This document shows, in pieces, positions 59,095 through 64,000 of a stretch of DNA of 64,000 nucleotides. A program made the position numbers and the translations under genes. Below the pieces are notes generated by a model, which was not told where the DNA came from, ran no database searches, and saw nothing but the letters and a program-made list of their open reading frames with translations. Within the stretch, counting starts at the first letter, position 1. Each line of letters starts with the position of its first letter. The stretch is from Thermodesulfobacteriota bacterium (GTDB taxonomy: Bacteria > Desulfobacterota_D > UBA1144 > Nemesobacterales > UBA2774), in assembly GCA_041390285.1 (NCBI GenBank), contig JAWKQD010000007.1, forward strand, positions 26,675 to 90,674, given 5' to 3'.

Positions 59095-61845
59095 TTAGTT
59101 GTCCTCCTTGTTAAAACCCCTCTCCTGTAAAAGCATATTCCGTCTTTGCCTTTCTTCAAGTATGCGCTGCATGTCGAGCTCGTTCTCGACGATCCTCGGT
59201 GTGAGGAGGATCATAAGGTTTATCTTCTGGCTCTGGCGCTGCTTGTACTTAAAGAGGTTGCCAAGGAAAGGTATGTTGCCGAGAACGGGGACCCTGTTCT
59301 GAAGAACGCTTTCCCTGTCCTGAACAAGGCCGCCTATGACTATCGTCTGTCCGTTCTTGACCACGACCGAAGAGTCGGCCGTCCTCGTTGTGGTCGCGAT
59401 ACCGAACTGTGCGGTGTTGAGGCCCTGGACGGGGGTGTCTCTTATCGCCGATACTTCGGTCAGAATGTTGAGGTTAAGGAAATCGCCCTCGCTTATCTGC
59501 GGGGTTATCGAGAGCCTTATACCGACCGGCTCACGCTGAATGGTCTGGACCGTGACGCCGCTGTCGCCGACAGTGCTTCCAGTCGGGAACGGTATGACGT
59601 CCGCGACGATGATCTCCGCAGGCTCGTTGTCCGTCGTTATGATGCTGGGCGTCGAGAGGACGTTTACGTCCGTGAGGGACGTGAGCGCCTGGAATAGCGC
59701 GCTGAAGGACGGTATGGGCGGTATCGGGCCCGAACCGTCCGGGTCAACCTCTTCGCCGACTACGCCGAGGAAAAGGCCCGACAGACTGCCGAGCACGTTT
59801 ATCGAAGCGTCGGGGTCGGCGGCCACGCCGAGAAGGCTGGGAACGCCCGGGAGGACAGTGCCTCCGAAGCCGAGCGTATCGTCGTTTACCGTGAATCCGA
59901 TGCTGAGGTTCGTTCCGAAGGACCTCAGCTTGTCGAGGCTGACCTCGAGGATCGCGGCTTCGACAAATACCTGCTTTCTCCTGACGTCGAGCTCTTTTAT
60001 GACCTCTCTTATGGTTTCGTAATCCCTTCTGGAGCCGATTATTATGAGTGAGTTCGTGGACGGATCAGCCGTGACGCGAATCGTTTCCGTCTCGGCGACT
60101 ATGCCCGAGGTCCTGATGGCGCCCCTTTCAATAGCCTGACGCGCCTGGGCCGTGCCGGTGCCGTATGAACCTGTCGAGCCCCCGAGCCCCGACGACCCGA
60201 GGCCGCCCGTTCGCGACGCCCTGTTGTCGACGCCCGTGGTGCCGCCGTACCCGCCGGCGCCCGAGCCGCCGAAGAGGCTGGCGAGAACCGCGACTATCTG
60301 CTCGGCGTCGGCGTTCAGAACCCTTACGACGTATATGCCCTCTTCGGGCTGGTCGGTTTCTACGTCCAGTATTTCGATGACCGCTTTAATCTGGGCCAGG
60401 TCGTCGGGGTAGGCTATTACGATGAGGGAATTCGTCCTCTCGTCCGTTATTACCTTGAACCCGACCGGGGAAGACTCGCCCGTAGACTGGGATATTATGT
60501 TTGATGTATCACCGGGTTGTTCGCTGCCGGGGAGGTTCCTGCTCCGTTGAGCTGTCCGCGACTGGCCGCGCGTTTGGGCGGGCTGCTGGGACTGTGGACG
60601 CGAGGAAGTACTGGACGACGTGCCCCCGAATATTTCGACCAGCTTCGCCGCGACCTCGGCCGCGTCGGTGTTGTGTATCTTTACGAATTCGATTTCGGTT
60701 TCGACGTCGAGGTTCTCGATTATCGAAAGTATCCTGTTGAGGTTGTCCGTCGTTTCGATAATTATGAGCATGTTCAGCGCGGGGTAGACGACTACGTCGC
60801 CCTCACGTGAAACGAGTGGCTTCAGTATGGCGGCAACCTCGTCGGCCTTGGTGTTCTTGAGCTGAACGAGCCTCGTCGTGAAGCTGTCGGAAGATACGCC
60901 GTAGGACGTTCCGATCTCGGTCGGTATGCTCGTGATCTTGATGTCACGTTTGGGGACTATGATGTTGATCCCGTCTTTCTTCACCACCGAAAAGCCGTTC
61001 AGGCTGAGGATGGTTTCGAAGAGCCTCATGGCGTTTTCCCTTTTGAAACCGCCGGGTGCTATAACGGTGATTTTCTTTCCCTTTACAGTTTCGTCCAGCA
61101 CGAAGCTCTGACCGGTTATCTCGCTTATGGTTTGAATGAGGTCCTGAATGTCCATTTCGGACTGGAGATTTACTATTTCGCCATCGGTGATTACTACCTC
61201 GGGTTCCTGAGGCTGGGGTTCGGCCTGCTGACCGTTCCCATTACCGTTCTGGGGCTCCTGCTGTTGCTGCTGCGTCTGTTGCTGCGGCCTTTGAATCTGC
61301 TGTTGTTGCGACGGCTGCTGAAACTCCTTACGCCCGCCGCCGTTCGAGCGCTGCTGCTGTATTCCCTGGCGCCTTTTCTCTATCTCTTCCTGGCGTTCTT
61401 TTCTTCTTTGCTCGAGCTCCGTCGTATCGAACTGCTGGGCGATTTCCCTGCCGATTATCTCTTCGGTGCTTGCAGCCTGGGTCATTATCACGGAGCCGTC
61501 GGAAAAACCGTCGGGGAAGCTGCCGGCAACGGTGTACGAGCCCTGTGGAGGAATCCCTATGATGTCGCCTTTGGAGAGGGTGTCCCTTGTCAGGCCGTTA
61601 TGCAGTTTTATGTCGGCTACCGAGACGCCGAATTTTTCCCCGAGACTGGAGAGGGTGTCGCCTTCTTTTATCGTATAAGTGATTTCTTCGGCTAGCGGGT
61701 TGCCCGCGCCTTCGCCGGGCGGGAGCTCGGACGTTTCGGCGGAATTCTCCATTACGACGGGCTTTTCGTGATTCGTGTTCACGTATACGTACAGCGTGAG
61801 GAGAAATACCAGTATGACGATGTTAATGAGTAAGCCTTTAATCAT
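59095..61845 (-). CDS. gspD: type II secretion system secretin GspD with unusual N-terminal extension (TM anchor + LysM domain + Q-rich low-complexity linker)
   Basis: 916 aa; LysM YTIKEGDTLSSLGEKFGVSVADIKLHNGLTRDTLSKGDIIGIP; QQQQIQRPQQQTQQQQQEPQNGNGNGQQ (about 61190-61340); N0 domain ITGQSFVLDETVKGKKITV; C-terminal secretin domain VVVKNGQTIVIGGL...NRVPVLGNIPFLGNLFK. Confidence 0.9.
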   Translation of the reverse strand: MIKGLLINIVILVFLLTLYVYVNTNHEKPVVMENSAETSELPPGEGAGNPLAEEITYTIKEGDTLSSLGEKFGVSVADIKLHNGLTRDTLSKGDIIGIPPQGSYTVAGSFPDGFSDGSVIMTQAASTEEIIGREIAQQFDTTELEQRRKERQEEIEKRRQGIQQQRSNGGGRKEFQQPSQQQQIQRPQQQTQQQQQEPQNGNGNGQQAEPQPQEPEVVITDGEIVNLQSEMDIQDLIQTISEITGQSFVLDETVKGKKITVIAPGGFKRENAMRLFETILSLNGFSVVKKDGINIIVPKRDIKITSIPTEIGTSYGVSSDSFTTRLVQLKNTKADEVAAILKPLVSREGDVVVYPALNMLIIIETTDNLNRILSIIENLDVETEIEFVKIHNTDAAEVAAKLVEIFGGTSSSTSSRPQSQQPAQTRGQSRTAQRSRNLPGSEQPGDTSNIISQSTGESSPVGFKVITDERTNSLIVIAYPDDLAQIKAVIEILDVETDQPEEGIYVVRVLNADAEQIVAVLASLFGGSGAGGYGGTTGVDNRASRTGGLGSSGLGGSTGSYGTGTAQARQAIERGAIRTSGIVAETETIRVTADPSTNSLIIIGSRRDYETIREVIKELDVRRKQVFVEAAILEVSLDKLRSFGTNLSIGFTVNDDTLGFGGTVLPGVPSLLGVAADPDASINVLGSLSGLFLGVVGEEVDPDGSGPIPPIPSFSALFQALTSLTDVNVLSTPSIITTDNEPAEIIVADVIPFPTGSTVGDSGVTVQTIQREPVGIRLSITPQISEGDFLNLNILTEVSAIRDTPVQGLNTAQFGIATTTRTADSSVVVKNGQTIVIGGLVQDRESVLQNRVPVLGNIPFLGNLFKYKQRQSQKINLMILLTPRIVENELDMQRILEERQRRNMLLQERGFNKEDN

Positions 61846-61949
61846 GAAATCCTCGCTGTCGCGGCGCGCTGTCGTCCGTCCTGTTCATAAAAGGTCTTAT
61901 CCCACGCGGACCTGAAAGTCAATAACAAGAACACTATACGCTCCCGCTC

Positions 61950-62894
61950 CTATTTAACGACGTACTGATACGAGTACTGTTTGCCGGCCCTCGTAAAGTC
62001 TATCGAGAAGCTGCTCTGGGACCTCAGCTCTTCGAAAATCCCGAGCGCCCTTTCGACGTCGCTAAGCTCCACATTGTTTATCCTGTGTAGCGTGTCTCCG
62101 TTTTTTATCCCTATTTTCCAGAATATGCTGTTCGACCGGATGCCGAAGAACCTGAGCCCGTCCTGCTGCGGTATGACGCGCGCCTGCTGGACTATGTTGG
62201 TCGGGTCGCTGAGGACGTCTTCCAGGAGCTCACGGCTTATTTCGTATTCGTTGTCGGATATCTTGTTTATCCCTTCGTCGATTTGCTCGCCGCCGCCTTT
62301 GTCGGCCGGCTGAACCGTTCTGTTCGTGTTGGTCGCCACCGGCCTCGAAGAGGCCACTTCTTCCCCGATGTTCTTACACTTGATGGTTTCCTGGCCTTTC
62401 TGCCGCTGTATGACGGCCTTGCAGCCCATGACCTCGACGAGGCTAACCCTTTCGGTGTCGATTATTCTTATCTGCTCGCCGCTCGTGTAGCCCTGGACCT
62501 TGTTGTTGCCCGGGTTCTTGATTATGGCTACGGAGGGGGCGTCGGGGTTAATGATCGTACCGAGAAGGACTATGTCCAGATTCGAATCGGGAAGCGCTTC
62601 CTGGCCGCCTGCGCCTGCACCGCCGCCGGCCGATGCCGTAGCGTCGGAAAGGTTGGTGATTCCGAATATATTTCTCGTAAGTATGAGGTTGTAGTACGAA
62701 CGCGGACGGCGGACGCTGGTGTCTCTGTGCCTGCCTGGGTTGCCCTGGTCGAGCTTTTGTGACGCTATAGCGCCGGGGGACGAAACCACGCCCTGCAGCT
62801 TTTGATTCACCGTAAGAGCGGCAAGATATGCCAATCCCGTTAGAAGGAGGAGGTTAAGTACCCAAACATATTTCTTTAGAATAGTTACAAGCAT
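61950..62894 (-). CDS. gspC: type II secretion system protein GspC (N-terminal TM, HR domain, C-terminal PDZ)
   Basis: MLVTILKKYVWVLNLLLLTGLAYLAALTV TM; PDZ-like GIRSNSIFWKIGIKNGDTLHRINNVEL; first gene of gsp operon. Confidence 0.7.
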   Translation of the reverse strand: MLVTILKKYVWVLNLLLLTGLAYLAALTVNQKLQGVVSSPGAIASQKLDQGNPGRHRDTSVRRPRSYYNLILTRNIFGITNLSDATASAGGGAGAGGQEALPDSNLDIVLLGTIINPDAPSVAIIKNPGNNKVQGYTSGEQIRIIDTERVSLVEVMGCKAVIQRQKGQETIKCKNIGEEVASSRPVATNTNRTVQPADKGGGEQIDEGINKISDNEYEISRELLEDVLSDPTNIVQQARVIPQQDGLRFFGIRSNSIFWKIGIKNGDTLHRINNVELSDVERALGIFEELRSQSSFSIDFTRAGKQYSYQYVVK

Positions 62895-63139
62895 TTAAGT
62901 AGAATGGTTAAATTTACCCTAAAAAATAAAGTTTTCTACTTTATCTGTCAAGATAAATATCTCCCCGAGGCCGGTACCCGCCCCGAGCTTCGCCGCGAAA
63001 TCCTTCAGCTCCTATATTACGATTGAAGAAAAAAACCGGATGGGCGCCGTGTAATTTGCCGCCGATCGAAAAAACAGGGCTGTGAAGCGTCACCTTCACC
63101 TTTTCGCCTGAAAAAAAGCCCGGTTTTTCGGAATTATAT

Positions 63140-64000
63140 CTAATTGACTCTCCTGTTCGTTCCATTAGCCGCCCCGCAGCATTCAACCAGCTCGGTCAGA
63201 AGGCTACTCTGAAACTCCTTGGTCTTCCATCCGATTCCGTTGTCGAGTATGGAAAAGACGAGTACGTCTCCCTGCTTCGTGAAAACGTAACCGGACAGCG
63301 CCCTTACATTATTGAGATATCCGGTCTTGGCCATAACCCTTCCCTGTACGCTCGATGCCTTGAATCTCTTTTTCAAGGTCCCGTCGACCCCGGCTATGGG
63401 CAGGGAATCGATGAAATCGGACGCGATGATCCTGTTTGTATACGCGTAGCTTAGAATGTCTGCGAGTGTTTCGGGGGAAACCCTGTTAAGGAGCGAGAGA
63501 CCGGAGCCGTCGACTACCCTGAACCCGTTTTTAATACCTATGCCGTTCAGGAACTCCGAGATGACCTGTGAGCCGCTCTCCCAGGAACCGGGAGCGCCTT
63601 TGAACTCGGCGCCGAGGGTTTTGATAAGGTTCTCGCCGATTATATTGACGCTGTTTTTATTGTATTCGGTGATGACCGAGGAAAGTGGGTCGGAATAGTG
63701 GGTGTAGAACACCGTGGCCCATCTTGGCGTTTCGCCCGCGACCACCGGGCCGCTGACCTTTATGCCCGCCTCCTCGAGGGCGCTTTTGAGGACGTTGCCC
63801 GTCAGGAGCTCGGGGCTGTTTACGGGTATCTTCAGAAGGACGCTGGCCTTGGGCTTTACCCTGCCGCCTATGGCTATGGTGTCCGGGCCCTGCCAGTTGC
63901 TCGTAAGCGCGCCCGCCTTGGTGCTGGTTACTGCGTTGTTGATTATCTTGATGTTCGAGCCCGCGGGGAGTATGTCGATACGGGGCTTCTGCCCGGACGC
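63140..64000 (-). CDS. dacB: D-alanyl-D-alanine carboxypeptidase/endopeptidase (PBP4, peptidase S13), 3' part; gene continues beyond window end
   Basis: EYNKNSVNIIGENLIKTLGAEF, VVDGSGLS, KTGYL (KTG motif), ALSGYV; minus-strand frame stays open to position 64000. Confidence 0.8.
   Translation of the reverse strand, partial: ASGQKPRIDILPAGSNIKIINNAVTSTKAGALTSNWQGPDTIAIGGRVKPKASVLLKIPVNSPELLTGNVLKSALEEAGIKVSGPVVAGETPRWATVFYTHYSDPLSSVITEYNKNSVNIIGENLIKTLGAEFKGAPGSWESGSQVISEFLNGIGIKNGFRVVDGSGLSLLNRVSPETLADILSYAYTNRIIASDFIDSLPIAGVDGTLKKRFKASSVQGRVMAKTGYLNNVRALSGYVFTKQGDVLVFSILDNGIGWKTKEFQSSLLTELVECCGAANGTNRRVN

Noticed and set aside
61190-61340. CAG/CTG-rich tract as a CRISPR or tandem-repeat locus
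   Set aside because: It is in-frame coding sequence for the Q-rich linker of GspD, irregular period, no spacer/repeat architecture
62941-63186. 81-aa minus-strand ORF between dacB and gspC
   Set aside because: Lies in the probable gsp promoter region, overlaps the dacB 3' end, no RBS or motif

Overview
The window is a moderately high-GC (about 55-62 %) bacterial chromosomal segment. Codon usage is rich in AGG/AGA and ATA. Gram-negative architecture is indicated by a type II secretion system, type IV pilus minor pilins, NuoABC and an LpxH-like gene.

Housekeeping content:
- nuoC-B-A (minus strand, window start).
- A tmk-holB-metG cluster preceded by a pseudouridine synthase.
- suf operon: Rrf2 regulator-sufB-sufC-sufD-Rieske protein.
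- ilvD, Fe/Mn superoxide dismutase, an RpoD-like sigma factor, class II (B12-dependent) ribonucleotide reductase nrdJ, cspA.

Accessory content:
1. A plus-strand minor-pilin operon, pilV-pilW-pilX-pilY1-pilE/fimT-like (about 6.99-15.24 kb). The PilY1 homologue is about 1600 aa, with a vWA domain and a beta-propeller.
2. A complete-looking minus-strand T2SS operon gspC-D-E-F-G-H-I-J-K (62.9 to 53.0 kb). It ends in a translationally coupled RavA/MoxR-like AAA+ ATPase instead of gspL/M. Its secretin carries an unusual N-terminal TM anchor, a LysM domain and a Q-rich linker.
3. A TetR-methyltransferase pair with palindromic operators.
4. A CofE (F420-0:gamma-glutamyl ligase) gene next to a GT-C/PMT-like TPR glycosyltransferase, a decaprenyl-phosphate phosphoribosyltransferase-like UbiA enzyme and a glycerophosphodiesterase.
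5. An AT-rich, apparently acquired islet carrying an MscS-family channel gene. It is flanked by degenerate duplicated fragments of the neighbouring Dph6-like and methyltransferase genes.

The sequence contains many apparent single-base frameshifts (>15 across essential and non-essential genes: tmk, sufC, pilY1, rluB-like, DUF924, ravA-like and others). Pervasive indel errors (for example a long-read-only assembly or MAG) are therefore more likely than genuine pseudogenisation.

No rRNA, tRNA or CRISPR arrays were recognised. Coordinates of frameshifted genes are approximate.
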